From contig NC_068984.1 of the NCBI RefSeq assembly GCF_001194135.2, positions 32,521,397-32,585,093 of the forward strand: DNA of 63,697 nucleotides, read 5' to 3'. A model generated the notes under the pieces. It saw only the letters and a program-made list of their open reading frames with translations, had not been told where the DNA came from and ran no database searches. Source of the stretch: Octopus bimaculoides (taxonomy: Eukaryota). Below are positions 37,231 to 50,847 of the stretch, one piece after another. The translations under genes and the position numbers were made by a program. The stretch's first letter is position 1. Each line of letters starts with the position of its first letter.

Positions 37231-37544
37231 TCTGACATTGCTAGTCTTCTATAAAAAGAAACAGTTAAACTTTGTTTAGGTATACTTTGATGAGGAACAT
37301 TTCAAGTGCAGAATCTTGAGCTTACAAACCAAATGGAGGCTTCAAAATAGTAGCAGCAGAGAGGGGGTTGGCCAAAATCATGAAAGCATAGGATAAAACA
37401 GCTTATAGTATTTACGTCTCATTACATCCTAAGTTCAAATTTTTCTGAGGTCAAAATATTTCATCCACCCTGTTTCAATGAGATAATTACTGATGATGCA
37501 CTAATTTTGATTTAAACTAGTACCCTCTTTATGTGTGAAAGCAT

Positions 37545-37700
37545 ATGGCCTAATCAAGATGGTTTTGGGCTCATGATCATAAAGTTGTAGGTTTAATTCC
37601 TGAACTGGGAAGTGCATTATTCTTAAGAAAAGCACTTCATTTATCACGTTCTAGTCTTCTCAGCCAAACATGAATACTTGCCAAGTACTGATGCAGACTG
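37545..37700 (+). mobile_element. Degenerate tRNA-derived SINE, family D
   Basis: GGCTCATGATCATAAAGTTGTAGGTTTAATTCC (B-box-like)...CACTTCATTTATCACGTT...CTCAGCC. Confidence 0.45.
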
Positions 37701-38789
37701 CTCTCCCTCTAGCAGTTACATCCTTGATGTTCTACTGGGCTAAAGATGGAAAAGACAAGAGGGTGCCTCTATCTTCTCATGCTACATTGTCACCTAAAAT
37801 ACAGTTAGTACATGCATGGTACATGCATCGAATTTATTTGTGACTGCTTTAGTTTTGTAGATTTTCCCCCTTTATGTTGAAATTTGTTGGTCCGCTATCA
37901 ATCTTAGAAAACATTATTCTTATCCGTAACAGGCTAAGAAATGACCTAAAGGTTGACAAGGCCTATTAGATCCAAAGATAATTTTTGAGTTTGAGCCATC
38001 TACATTTGTTATATCAAGCGGATGTGGAATTTTATACATGGTCTTTCAGCCTGCTTGAAATAACATTCAAATCTCCCTAATAATATAGATTAACAACTTT
38101 GAGGAAAGGGTATATTAGGAAATGAATTTTTAATACACTGTGTGTGAAAAAAGTTGAGATGGTCATCAATTTGATACCTCTAATCATAGAGCTGATGGAT
38201 CAAGGGTTACATGAGACTAAATAATGACTTCTTTATTTTTAATATCATATATATTAGTGACAAGTCTGTTTCATTGGCAACTAAATGATCCAATGATGTG
38301 GCCTATTGCCCAGCTAGATATAACAACCACATCTTCCTCAGATCATACCTTATCTTTAAAAAGAAGAACCTGTTGGATAATATAGCCTTGGGTTCATTGT
38401 ACCAAGAGAAAAAGAGTGAGAAGCCTTCATATGGTCAGTCAACCAGCTGTGAAATCTCATCAAATTTCAGCCTACTTTCTAAACAAAGAAGGGAACATTA
38501 GATTATATTGGGTTCATTGTACATAGGAAAAAGACTGGGTGGCCATGGCTGGAAAACTATCACAAGTCCATTTATCCAAGGTTGATCAGGTTCTAAACAA
38601 GCACAGCACTAGCAAAATGAGACATGGTTAAGGCGAGAATACCTTCTGTCATAAGTTTCCTCCATCAGAGTTGGCCTAGGGCTAAACAATAACAGAGATG
38701 GAGAATTAGTAAATACGGAAAACAGCAAATAAACTATTATATAATAAAAGTATAGCGTCTGCTTCATCTGTAAACTCGGATCATCTGAG

Positions 38790-38870
38790 ATTCAGATTTT
38801 GTTGCTAAAGTGTCAGCGTTGAACACCTTCAAGTCCATGCTTGATAGAACTTGGCAAGGCTTGCAGGTTC
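38790..38870 (+). mobile_element. CR1/L2-like LINE extreme 3' coding remnant
   Basis: VAKVSALNTFKSMLDRTW resembles VV.A.SLNSFKxRLDK.W. Confidence 0.35.
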
Positions 38871-39199
38871 ACCATATATATACCTACACTTCCCCTCTCT
38901 GCACAAAACACAGTAAATTGAATTATAAATTTGATAGTCAAGACCATTAAACTAGCTTCTGGCGAAAGCCAAAATTTCTTCACCGGATGTTGTATTATAT
39001 TTGTGTTATTATATTATTATGGAAAACATTTCTTCTTAGTTCTGTTGGAAGGATTCCAGTTGATAGGATGGGTTCCACATTCATAGACTTTGCTATAGTT
39101 ACGAAACACCATCTACACCTTCTTCCTTCCTCTCCATCTCGTCTCACACAGTGTATAGATGTCAAATTTAATAGAAAATGATTGCTTAAGACACTGATA

Positions 39200-40083
39200 T
39201 TAACAATGATGATGATGGTGATTATGGTTGTAGCAATGGTAATGATTATGGTGGTGATGGTTATTGTTGTGGTGGTCGTAGTGGTACTGGTAATGAGGAT
39301 GGCAGTTATTGTTAGTAGTAGTAGTAGTAGTAGTAGTAGTAGCAGCAGCAGTTGTGAATATTATAATGATTGCAATGATACTGATGAGGATGATGAAAAC
39401 GAGCTGCTTGTGTTAGCATTGACAATGACTGTGATGGTGAGGAAGATGATGAGGTAAGTAGCAGTGCTTATGACATCACTGACGTGGGGTGTGGTGCTGG
39501 GTGTAGAGGTAATGAGGTCTGTGATGATGATGATGGTGATGTCGGGGAAATGGTTAGGAATAACAACAGACAGCATCGTCAACAACAATCATAACAAATT
39601 ATGATAGTTGCAAGGAGTGAGGTGATGTAGCTGATGATGATGATGCTAATAAAGAGAAAGAGGAAGTGGGAGGTTGAAAAGGAGAAAGAGGAGGAAGAGT
39701 AGGAGGGCAAAGTTTGTTGTATTGGGAGTGTTGGCATTTGTGAATAAGGATGATGATGGAGAATATAACGGCAGTAATTAGTAGACTTGTTGGTATTGAA
39801 AGTGGTGTCGGTGTTATTTGGGTGGATAATAATAGTGGTGCTGCCAAGAAAATTATCAACAAGAACAGCAAAAAACAACAACAACAACAGCAACAACAAT
39901 AATTGTGTTTGTGTCACTGTGGCTACTACTGCTTTTGCTGTTGCAGATGACCATGATCATCATCATCAATGTAAGCAGTGGTGGACTTCAAAATATTGAT
40001 ACTGATTTCAATATTCATGATGGTGATGCTGTTGATGCTGCTTCTACTTTTGTTGTTCTAGATGATGTTGCTTCTGTTGTTCT

Positions 40084-40117
<34 letters not shown>

Positions 40118-40120
40118 TAT
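39200..40120. repeat. Mosaic trinucleotide low-complexity region (GAT/GGT/AGT/CAA)
   Basis: Direct. Confidence 0.85.
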
Positions 40121-40528
40121 GTCTTTCTTGCTGTATGCATGCCAAAGTTATTCTCTTCAGACTTTCCTTTATTAATTTATTAAAAGTAAATAAATCTGGA
40201 GTAAGAAGAACTAGAAAGAGATAGAAACAAGAATCAGTCAACACAATGATTGTGATACCAGTAATTGGTGTGTGATGAATTTACTACTGGTGTAACAATA
40301 AGTATGATGTATGATAGTCACAGGGGAACTGAGTTGACGAGTTTGATATGAATGATTGCCGTGAGAATTGAAAAATCTAATACTTTTGATCGTTGCTGTT
40401 TATTTGAAGAAATTGTAAGGGAAAGCAATGTTGTTTCTTTAGTTGTAGACAAGTGGGGAATCAATTGATGCGAAGGAATGCTGTGGGGTTTGAAGTAGTG
40501 AGTGACAGGAGAAGACTGAGAGAGAGAG

Positions 40529-40569
<41 letters not shown>

Positions 40570-40767
40570 AAACAGAGAGAGAGAGAGGGAGAGAGAAAGA
40601 AAACAGAGAGAGAGAGAGGGAGGAAGGGAAAGTTAACAAGGGAGTGAGAAATGGTGTGAAATTAAGATAAATAAAAAGGCAGCTAAAAATGGGGTGTTCT
40701 CCGGTGGTTACTTACTGCGAGAGAAATAAGATGATACATGGAATATATATAAATATATATTTCTGTC

Positions 40768-40932
40768 AAAATACGTGACACTTATTCAGTAGCCATGATA
40801 AAACTCCGAGTTTCAGATGCCGGGGTGGGTACCCACACCAACATCACTTCAGTTATCCAGCCATTGGGTTCCCACCCCGGCATCCGAAACTAGGAGTTTT
40901 ATCATGGCTACCTAATAAGTGTCACATATTTT
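40768..40932. repeat. Foldback element, about 68-bp arms, 29-nt spacer, containing an HHR-like motif
   Basis: GTGACACTTATTCAGTAGCCATGATAAAACTCC...GGGGTGGGTACCCA pairs with TGGGTTCCCACCCC...GGAGTTTTATCATGGCTACCTAATAAGTGTCAC. Confidence 0.9.
40797..40857 (-). ncRNA. Hammerhead-like motif with long stem II (A9U, degenerate)
   Basis: Minus strand reads GATAA-CTGAAGT-GATGTTGGTGTGGG TA CCCACCCCGGCATC-T-GAA-ACTC G GAGT-T-TTATC: 5-bp stem I and a stem II of about 14 bp with G-U pairs. Confidence 0.55.
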
Positions 40933-40997
40933 TACAAATAAATTCCTCTATTTACATAATATCGAGGTCTCTTTCTTTCTTTTGTTGTCCTTTCTAT

Positions 40998-41054
<57 letters not shown>

Positions 41055-41834
41055 GGCAATTGCGTTTTTTATTGTTTATTTGTGTTTCTCTACATATTGT
41101 GAATATCTTAAAATTTTCAGTCTTTGGTAATTATGTATAGAACCATTTCATTCTTATTAGAATTTATCAGTCTGAGAGGAAAAATAGAAGGAACCAGGCA
41201 GAAGGAGAGGATAATGTTCATGTGGTAAAGGAAAGAAAATGGAGATAAACAAGAGTAGGATATAAAGACTAACATATCCAGAATGCTATTGCAAGTAAAA
41301 GGCAGATGTAGATTTCTTCATTTACAATCAGTAGTGGTGATCTCAAGAGTGGAATGGGTATGGTTAGAATGTGTTTGTGAATGGGACACCAAATGAACTA
41401 AGATGGAAGAAGCTAAGAACTGGATAGGGAAGTGAGAGCAGTAGCTGAATCAAGAGCTATAGGTAGGAGGTCATCCATAAATATTCTTAATTTAGAATGA
41501 TTGGAAGGTAGGCTTAAAGCATTAAACAGTCATTCTAAGAGGTATTCATTTAAACGCACACAAACGTATATTTGTCTGGAGATATACATACAGACTTGTA
41601 TATAGGAGCCTATGTACACATGCAATGTTTTCATCACATTGACCTAAATTGGTTGTTACTAAAGAAGCAAAATAGTTGACACTTCAGAGATGAGGTTGGA
41701 AAAAGCAATGGGGGTGGAAGGCAGAACCATATGCTCATCCTGTACAGATCAGATATTCAAGAGATAATCAGGGACCAGTCACATAACTGTCTCATCCACA
41801 CACACATACACACACTTACATGCAAGACATGTAC

Positions 41835-41866
<32 letters not shown>

Positions 41867-42202
41867 NNNNNNNNNNNNNNNNNNNNNNNNNNNNNNNNNN
41901 NNNNNNNNNNNNNNNNNNNNNNNNNNNNNNNNNNNNNNNNNNNNNNNNNNNNNNNNNNNNNNNNNNNNNNNNNNNNNNNNNNNNNNNNNNNNNNNNNNNN
42001 NNNNNNNNNNNNNNNNNNNNNNNNNNNNNNNNNNNNNNNNNNNNNNNNNNNNNNNNNNNNNNNNNNNNNGGCACACAGTGGGACTGAAACAGATCGTATG
42101 GTTGGAAAACAAGCTTTTTGACCACATCTTGGAGATAGGCAGAATGTAAACTAGTGATATCTTATCCTTGATAATAGAGATAAATAGACAGGGCAATAAA
42201 GA

Positions 42203-42275
42203 TTTAATTAATTCAACAAAACAGAAAATTAATTCAACAAAACAGAAAATTAATTCAACAAAACAGAAAATTAAT
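42203..42275. repeat. Three tandem copies of a 21-bp unit (AATTAATTCAACAAAACAGAA)
   Basis: Direct. Confidence 0.9.
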
Positions 42276-42541
42276 TTGACTTTTCTGAGCATCATGGCTT
42301 GTAGGTATCACAGCTTCAATAAACATAATGAATAATCCTATTGATGATGAGGATAAGAATGATTTGTATGAGCTACTAAACTGATAAGGAAGACGATTAT
42401 TATTGTTGTTATTATTATCATTAATACTGCTCAAGATGGTTTCAGACCTTTTCTGACTCCTCTACATATCCTCATCCAATCTCGTTAACAATATCCAAAG
42501 AATTGCAAGCAATGAATGACACCCTGTATATGTATTTTCAG

Positions 42542-42674
42542 TTTGCAGCATGGACATACATGAAACATATTTCTGTTTACCCTTACTTTGTTGATACAGC
42601 AGAACTAATAGGACTGATGCCCATTGGGGATAGATTAGTAAACAATTGTTATATTTTAATGCTAGGGCTTTCCT
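42542..42674 (+). CDS. Possible exon (FAAWTYMKHISVYPYFVDTAELIGLMPIGDRLVNNCYILMLGLS)
   Basis: Acceptor GTATTTTCAG and donor T|GTATGT, within the 87-aa non-repetitive ORF 42503-42766; alternative donors exist. Confidence 0.33.
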
Positions 42675-43707
42675 GTATGTTAGTTCTTTTCCTTAGTATG
42701 TTTTGCATATCTCAGATGTCACCTTGTGGGCAGGTTCCAACCACATTGGTTATATCACCAACATAACAAGAGTATATTGCTTCAGGTATGGCTGTCTCTC
42801 TTAGGTAGAATTTGAATTATTTATTCCACTGATACAGTGAAAACATTGACTACATATCTCCCAGTGCCAACACCAATGTCACAACATTGGTTTTGATTAA
42901 TACATTGTGTACAACTGTCTCTACGCAGCTGTTAATGTATTGCAAATTGATACCAATGTATTTATTGTGATCATTTTCAAATATTTTCACATATACATAG
43001 TTTGTATAATGCAGCTAAAAGGATTCTGTGACTTTACTTGAGTTGAATACAAAATGTTATTACAGCATAGTAATACTAGCTTTTTGTCAATGCTACTAAC
43101 AGTTGAAAGCATTCTTTTTATTTCTTCTTCCTTGAAATCCTACTTTTGTTCCCAAGTACATTGTCTCGGACTCATTAAACAATTCTTTGTAAAGGATTTT
43201 GGAGAAATCCATTTATAGTTTGTACATAGCACAACTATTTCAACAAATTGATTCTGGTCATTGAGAAGGACAATCCTAACACACCAGGTATCAAACTAGA
43301 AATGTAAAACCTGATAACAAATATAGAACCACAAAAATACTTTGATTGAAAAATTGTGCCTGTGAAAGCTTGAAGATAATGTAAAGCTCTGAAAAATATA
43401 GAAAGTATTCAGATAAACCAAACAGTTGGAAGGTAAATAGTAAACATGGTCAGTTATTGATGAATTTGTTATAAGAAAGAACTTTTGGGCTTCTAGAGCC
43501 AAAGTTTGACAGCACAAAATTTAGATATGAAGAAAAGTAGCACAATTTTTTCTCCTTACAATGAAAAACACAATTTAGTAAAAAGCCATAATGATGTAGA
43601 AGGATGTATTCTTTGTTTTCCTGCTATTTTGGAATGAGTCGCACAAGAGTTTTCTGTTATGAATAACCTGTAGTTAAAAGAGGCTTTATGGTAAAATTTA
43701 TATTCAG

Positions 43708-43845
43708 AAGAATTTTATTGACTGAAATAAATATCCCACAAAACTACTTTAAATTTTTTGACAAAATTAACAATGACAATGAATTTCTTAATGAGGCATT
43801 TCAAGAGGGAAAGATATTGGCAACTGAAGATGGCAATAAACTCAT
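43708..43845 (+). CDS. Putative internal exon (RILLTEINIPQNYFKFFDKINNDNEFLNEAFQEGKILATEDGNKL)
   Basis: Acceptor ATTTATATTCAG (NAGNAG), 45 open codons with protein-like composition, donor AT|GTTAAGT; phase 2 to 2. Confidence 0.5.
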
Positions 43846-44240
43846 GTTAAGTTTAATTTATTTTTAAACACCACTGATAATATTTTGCTTACTTGAGCTT
43901 TCAAGGAAAGAATAGTTACTTTGCACACCATTTGATCCTTATCTCTTTCTCTCAGCTGCTTACTGTAAATGATAATACTAGATTATATGCCTCACTAACT
44001 CACATGTACCACTACATCAACACTTGTAAGGAACTGCCTTCGTATAAAATGAAAGCATACAATTGAATTAGTATATTAGCAATAAAATACTTCCCAGAAT
44101 CCTTGGTTGGTAGGAAGAGGAAGTTAGCTGTATCTTAACTTAAAACTAACCCAAATGCTGCAATTCCTAAGATCTTGTGTGATATTCACAGTTCATGAGT
44201 TCAACTCTGAAAATTATGATAAACCTCTATGCATGTGCAT

Positions 44241-44293
<53 letters not shown>

Positions 44294-44564
44294 TCATGCA
44301 TTTGTGTTTGAATGTGCTTGTGTATATGCATGCATGCACATAAATGATTACATAAAGATATGCATTTATATCAATACTTGGTTTAATGATCTGTTTCAAT
44401 GATTACAAAAATAAACATTTACAAGTTAATTGTGGAAAAATAAATACTAAATTGAATGGTATACCATTGGTAATTACATAAGCAGTTGCATTCTATGCAA
44501 ATATAGTCATGTATTTCCATACATATTAAACAATTCATATTTATGCATTACATATGTACAATAC

Positions 44565-44960
44565 TTACTACCTCCGCCAAAGAAGGAGGTTATGTTTTCA
44601 TCAGTGTTGGTTTGTCCGTCTGTGTGCAAAATAACTCAAAAAGTTGTGAACAGTTATTAATGAAACTTTCAGAAAAAGTTGGTAATGACCCAAGAAACAG
44701 ATGATGAAATTTTGGTAGTGATCCGGGAAGTTTTATGGATTCTTGAAGGAGTTTTCATTTGTTATATTTACTTTACATGAAGTATTACGTTACGTTCTTT
44801 GATTATCTCCCTTGAATAACACGTTCAATGTTTCCACGTAGCGTATGGTGGCGTTGCTATTTCAAAAGTTTATTTTCGTTTCTCTATTAGTAATTTTACT
44901 CGCGTATCTATCTTAAAATGAACTTGGTGGAGGTCTGCACTCTCTGAGTGCTTTTCTATT
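44565..44960 (+). mobile_element. Non-autonomous DNA element resembling CryptonV-type repeats
   Basis: Starts TTACTACCTCCGCCAAAGAAGGAGGTTATGTTTTC, ends TTGGTGGAGGTCTGCACTCTCTGAGTGCTTTTCTA; asymmetric inverted repeat ACCTCC(G/A)CCAA at 44570-44580 and 44924-44934; no coding capacity. Family assignment is from recall. Confidence 0.55.
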
Positions 44961-46065
44961 TTATATTATATTACAAGACATTTCTGCATGAATAAATGTA
45001 AAACTCAAAAAATTTCAATGTAGAAGATAAAGGAAATGTTCTATGGCTTTCTGAATGTCCTCCTGCTACTCTTTCTGTCATTTTGAACCCTTCTTGTTTC
45101 CCCTATTTTCATATATCGATTCTAATGTACATTATGCCATACTTACAAGGTTAGCAACATATTACCAATTTTCAAGGTTCTTTGTCATGTACTTCATGAA
45201 GTGCAATATCTTGAGATCACTCAAAATATCTTTGGCCCATGTCTTCTTTGGTCTTCATACAAAACATAAGTCTCATCTATTTCGAGTTCCTGGTAATTCT
45301 AAAGAAGGCAAGGGAAAATCAACAATTGCTTCTCTTCCATTTTGAGCAGTCCTCTAAAATTATTAATAAATTGTGGTTAAAATTTGTTCCAAATGTTTAC
45401 CATATTTTCACCATTACTTCCTTCCAGCTTCATTTCAAATTTTCCTGGTGCCTATAAAATTGAATGATTTCCAAAATTCTGCTTGTGATGGATCCCCTTC
45501 CAAATTCATGCTAAAGATAATTCTCTTTAAATAATGCAATGAAGTTTTGATCCATTTGTTTGCAAAAGTAACATAGTATTTGACAATGTAAACATTACTA
45601 TAACCTTTAGATAGTGATTTTATAGAGACTGCAGATGATAAGATGCATTATCTTTAATCAGAAACGCATGAAACAAAAAATATTTGATTTCACCATATTT
45701 TCTTACCTCAGATACAAAGAGATGCAAAATCAATCTTGACATAGAGTAGTAATAACTCAAGCATTTTAAATTGCTTTCTGTATAATTAGAATTATAGCTT
45801 TTAAAAGGTTTCTAAGTGGTGTTAGAGTTTTGACACAACGTATAAGCATTGGACCTCCAGTCATATTACCTCAAAACAAGGTTTGATTTCTTTAAAGCCT
45901 GAAAACGATTATGTTTGTTTGGAAATATACCTTCTTGTTCACATAATTTTCACAAGTAGATGCTTTTGTCTGCATCAACAATTTGTGAATGTGTCTACCC
46001 AGTTTCTATGATCATTTTCCAAATTGTTACGATGGACATGACAAAAAACTGTGACAATTAATAAC

Positions 46066-46285
46066 AGCTTCAAATTTTGCCACAAGGGCAGGCATTTTGG
46101 AGGAGGGGATAAGTCAATTACATTGACCCCAGTGTTTCACTGGTACTTAATTTATCAACCCCGAAAGGAGGAAAGGCAATGTTAACCTTGGCAGAATTTG
46201 AACCCAAAACATAGAGCCAGGCGAAATACCACTGAGCATTTTACCCAGCTTGCTAACGATTCTGCCACCTTGCCACCTTCTGCTG
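46066..46285 (-). mobile_element. SINE family A
   Basis: AAATTTTGCCACAAGG...GTACTTAATTTATCAACCCCGAAAGG...GGCAGAATTTGAACCC. Confidence 0.85.
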
Positions 46286-46954
46286 TGACAGTTAAAAACA
46301 TAACTGGTAAATATCCATTGGAGAGGGTTTCATTTCTTTCTAGTCTTTGCAGATCCTCTGCTTTCAGAACCCAGTATCATATATACAAGCATCATACCAT
46401 CTGCACTTCCTTCTGAGAGAGAAGCCTTTTGTTATTAGTAGAGTAATATTTTCCTAAAGATTTCTAACCTGCATCTAAATTGGCTACTATACTTTCTAAA
46501 CACCCATCTTCACAGCTAATTTGTTCAGGTACATTACAGAAGGTATCAACTACTTTTAAGGAACTTCTCAGCATTCAAAGTATATTGCCCAAGTATTTAT
46601 GCTACTAACTACTTTTGTGCACCTGCCACCTACGAAGCTTATGTTCTTTGACAATCTGTTTATGATTTCACTACACTTCTTCACTGTCAATATATTAAAT
46701 TACAACCAACATCTTTTCTGCATATTGATTACAGTTATTTCTCTGATGGTAGTAAGCTCCAGTCTTCTTTTCTTCAACATATGTTATTCTTTATCTTTAC
46801 TAATTTTACTTGGAGGTCTCTCAATTCTAGATTTTGCTTCTAGGTTTGCATTTTCTTCCATAAATCTCCAACAGATTTAACTACAAGAAGTAGGTCATCA
46901 GAGTACATTAACTGTACAAATTCTCAGGCTTTTGCTTTTCAGCCTCAAGAGTAT

Positions 46955-47010
46955 GATGTGTTAGATCAGAAAAGGACATGTTGATGTGTTAGATCAGAAA
47001 AGGACATGTT
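46955..47010. repeat. Perfect 28-bp tandem duplication
   Basis: GATGTGTTAGATCAGAAAAGGACATGTT twice. Confidence 0.95.
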
Positions 47011-47974
47011 GCTAACCAGATTTTCTCAGATGAAATTCTGTTTCCAAATCATAAAATTTATATTTTAAAATCAACATTGTCTGTGCAGAAACAAAGAATG
47101 ATTTGTTCCATTTCATATTTCCATGGCATTCAAATGATAGAAGTGTAAATTTTTTTTTAATGCAATCTTTGATCCACTGTTGTATATAGATAGAATTATT
47201 CATTATTTATAAATACTACATGAATGACGTTTAGCCACTGAATCTATGCTTGCTGCCAGCTTGTTGAATTATCAGGTTGTCTAAATTTTCATTGCAAAAT
47301 ATTCTCTTCTTGTTAATGGTTAATTTGAGCACCATTTAAAGTTTCACCACAACCACTAATTGCAAAGATTGAAAAATAATTCTCACTTTTAATTTTTTAT
47401 TTGGTTTTGTTTATTTGCTCTTTGCTTCTTCTGTTATTTCTTTTGCTTTCTAATTTCGACATTTTGTTTCTTGTATTTCATTTCAATATTTTCCAAACTA
47501 TGGAATATAATATAATACAACAAATAAAGAGAAAAAAAATTGTAAAATTTAAATTATTATATGCAACTGTATCCTGTTGCATAACTTTATTGCAATAATT
47601 TCAATGGTTTTTAAAATATTTCTAAAGTTACCAAATAGTAGTTGTTTTGTGTAAGGAATTATTTAACTAGCCATTGGCAAAGATTAATCCATATGTAATT
47701 TGAGCACTTGAAAAGATTCTAAACACTAGAAACTAAAACTATGAACTGTTGGTGTCTTGTAAACTTTTATATTTTGGAAATCATGATATCTTTATACAAT
47801 GATGACAACTTCTTTGTATAATTCAATAGGAAATGATTTACTATATTCACATCAAAGTTTTGATGCTAATATCTGAACAGTAAATTTTTAATTTCTTCCA
47901 AATATCAGTGAAATACACCTCAGAAATTTCTCAACATACATATTCGAAACTCTAAAAATTATATCATCTTCTAT

Positions 47975-48125
47975 ATGTGTGTCTAAATGTGAATATGTGC
48001 TTAAGTATGGAGATGTATTTCAGTGTTCGATAATGTTTGTTTGCATAGCTGTGCTTCAATGTGCAACCATGTTTATGCATGTAATTATGTTTGTGTGTGC
48101 AGTTGTGTTTATGTGTGTAAATCCG
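47975..48125. repeat. Degenerate 18-bp minisatellite, about 8 units
   Basis: Units such as ATGTTTATGCATGTAATT, ATGTTTGTGTGTGCAGTT, GTGTTTATGTGTGTAAAT. Confidence 0.6.
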
Positions 48126-48951
48126 TATGAAAGCCAATGTTCTTAATGTTGTCATTTTGAGGCAAGTTTGATTATCACTGTTTCAAGAATTCTACATTTG
48201 AGATGAGTTTCACCGTAAATTATTCAAGGATGAATGACAACCTCAGAATCAATGATTTCAGATTTCTCTAGGGTCGATTTTGCCTTTGATCTTGCCAGAA
48301 TGGATAAAATATATATCAATTTCATTTTGTCTTGTCATTTCGTTTTAGCATTTGGAAACCAAAGAAAACATCCATTTCCAAAAGAAAATATATTACTCAT
48401 TTTTAGGACACAGATCAGCAGTATTTGTATTTCCATTGTTTCAAAATATAAATTAGGATCTATGCTTCTAACACACTAAAACAATTTTTGCTTACCGGAT
48501 GCATCATAAATATCACTCCTTTCACCAAGCCACAACTTATAATCTAAGGCTAAAAGTCAACAAAATATATCCACCTATTGCTGATTTTAAAATATAACAA
48601 AATTATTTTAGATACGTGAAGGAAGAATTAAAAAACACCCTAAGAACTAATGGTACATTATTTAAAGTATATATGTGTTTGTGTCTTTCATAGTCTATAT
48701 TCTTTCGAGTCTTCACTGCATATTTCATACCAGTAAGGAATAAGGATAGAATAACATGAATTATAAAAAATACATAGAGAATACAATATTTCAAAAAGCA
48801 GTTTGACCTGCTAGATATAAAAGCAAAACTTCTTCCAAATCACACACTTGCATTTTGTGTACTCATAGATACACACTTCTTGAAAAGTGACAGAAAATGT
48901 TTGTCTGAGGATCTGGGGGCATCGTTTTTGCAATTGGAACTGTTTGTACAG

Positions 48952-49041
48952 TAGTCTGCTTCTGGAAAATGAAGGAGTTTAATGTCACTAATCTCAGTTA
49001 CATTTCTTACCATAAAGTTGATTTATTTGGGATAATAAAGG
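48952..49041 (+). CDS. Possible exon (VCFWKMKEFNVTNLSYISYHKVDLFGIIK)
   Basis: Acceptor CTGTTTGTACAG, 29 open codons, donor G|GTAAAA; symmetric phase 1. Confidence 0.27.
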
Positions 49042-50847
49042 GTAAAATATCTAGGTGCTTCTTGGATGCATGAATGTTAAAAGTTTGAAGTTGTTTGATC
49101 ATGTTTGTAGAATCAGGTCTGATCTAGAGCTAAACAACAATTAAACAATTATGTCATAGTTTTTATTAGTTTACTCAAGAGGAATGATCTGTGATTCAGG
49201 CATTTGTAGCATTTTGAGACTAATGAAATCAATATCACTAATATTCTACTTAAATTGCTGCAAGTTCTGTACCAGGAATTCTAGAGGGTCAATATTCTGA
49301 GAAGAAATGTTTGGATATATTGATTAATGAGGTGCCTAGAATGAATTGATATTATATAAGCTATGAGAAGAAAAATGAGTGGTGAAACTCAACTAAGGAA
49401 CAGAATGAACAACTAGATTTTAGCAGAGTCAAATGAGGTAAGAAGAATTAGGTACCTTGCAGAATTGTACAATACAAGGAATGTAGCAGAGTTTGAACAC
49501 ATAATGCTTGAATCAACTATCTCTACCTTCAAGCAAATAGGCAGTGTAAGCTTAATATAAAGGATGATATTAAAATTCAATATCTGTTTTTCTGTTTGTG
49601 TTTATCTTAAATTTTGTGAAAACAATCCATTGCAGAACAAAAATGTTTTGATTAATATTCTCTTAAACACAAGCCTTTTTGCCTAAAATCAACACAATTT
49701 TAAAATCAAAATAATTTTCCCTCTTTTCAAAGAAGTGTGACAATAGAAATAATGTACACATCCACAAATAAACATGCAAACTAAACATTTGAATACAGCT
49801 GCTTACATACACAAATATACACATTGAAAAGACAAATAATGTGCAAAATATGCATCTGATATTAAATGTACATGCACAAACACACAGTTACACACACATA
49901 TAAAATTATCATACATAGATACATTAACATGAAACAGATGATCATATAATAGTGAATGCACAGATACAAATAAACATACAGACAAATAAATACCAGAGCA
50001 TGCTTGTACACATAAACATGACCATAAACAAGATTTAGTCAAACAGACAAGGCACATAAGAACACATAAGTATATTGCAGTTAATAAATGAACACATACA
50101 GAAGAATAGGATTAGCAATTGTTAACAAATATTTTGGGATTTAATTTCATTTTAAATGAATGTTATATTTTGCTTTATATACATGCATAATGGTGCAAAA
50201 ATGGGGGTGTGGTTGTGAAGCTATTTTCCAACCACATCGATTTGGATTCATTCCTTCTGCCTGATACTTTGGGCAAGTGTCTTCTGCCATGGCCTCAGGC
50301 TNNNNNNNNNNNNNNNNNNNNNNNNNNNNNNNNNNNNNNNNNNNNNNNNNNNNNNNNNNNNNNNNNNNNNNNNNNNNNNNNNNNNNNNNNNNNNNNNNNN
50401 NNNNNNNNNNNNNNNNNNNNNNNNNNNNNNNNNNNNNNNNNNNNNNNNNNNNNNNNNNNNNNNNNNNNNNNNNNNNNNNNNNNNNNNNNNNNNNNNNNNN
50501 NNNNNNNNNNNNNNNNNNNNNNNNNNNNNNNNNNNNNNNNNNNNNNNNNNNNNNNNNNNNNNNNNNNNNNNNNNNNNNNNNNNNNNNNNNNNNNNNNNNN
50601 NNNNNNNNNNNNNNNNNNNNNNNNNNNNNNNNNNNNNNNNNNNNNNNNNNNNNNNNNNNNNNNNNNNNNNNNNNNNNNNNNNNNNNNNNNNNNNNNNNNN
50701 NNNNNNNNNNNNNNNNNNNNNNNNNNNNNNNNNNNNNNNNNNNNNNNNNNNNNNNNNNNNNNNNNNNNNNNNNNNNNNNNNNNNNNNNNNNNNNNNNNNN
50801 NNNNNNNNNNNNNNNNNNNNNNNNNNNNNNNNNATATATACATATAC

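Noticed and set aside
39381-39405. CTGATGAGGATGATGAAA
   Set aside because: Falls in (GAT)n low complexity with no stems I-III; not a hammerhead.
45668-45790. Minus-strand exon-like segment (ESNLKCLSYYYSMSRLILHLFVSE|GTAAGA)
   Set aside because: Isolated, short, and opposite to the other exon candidates; insufficient support.
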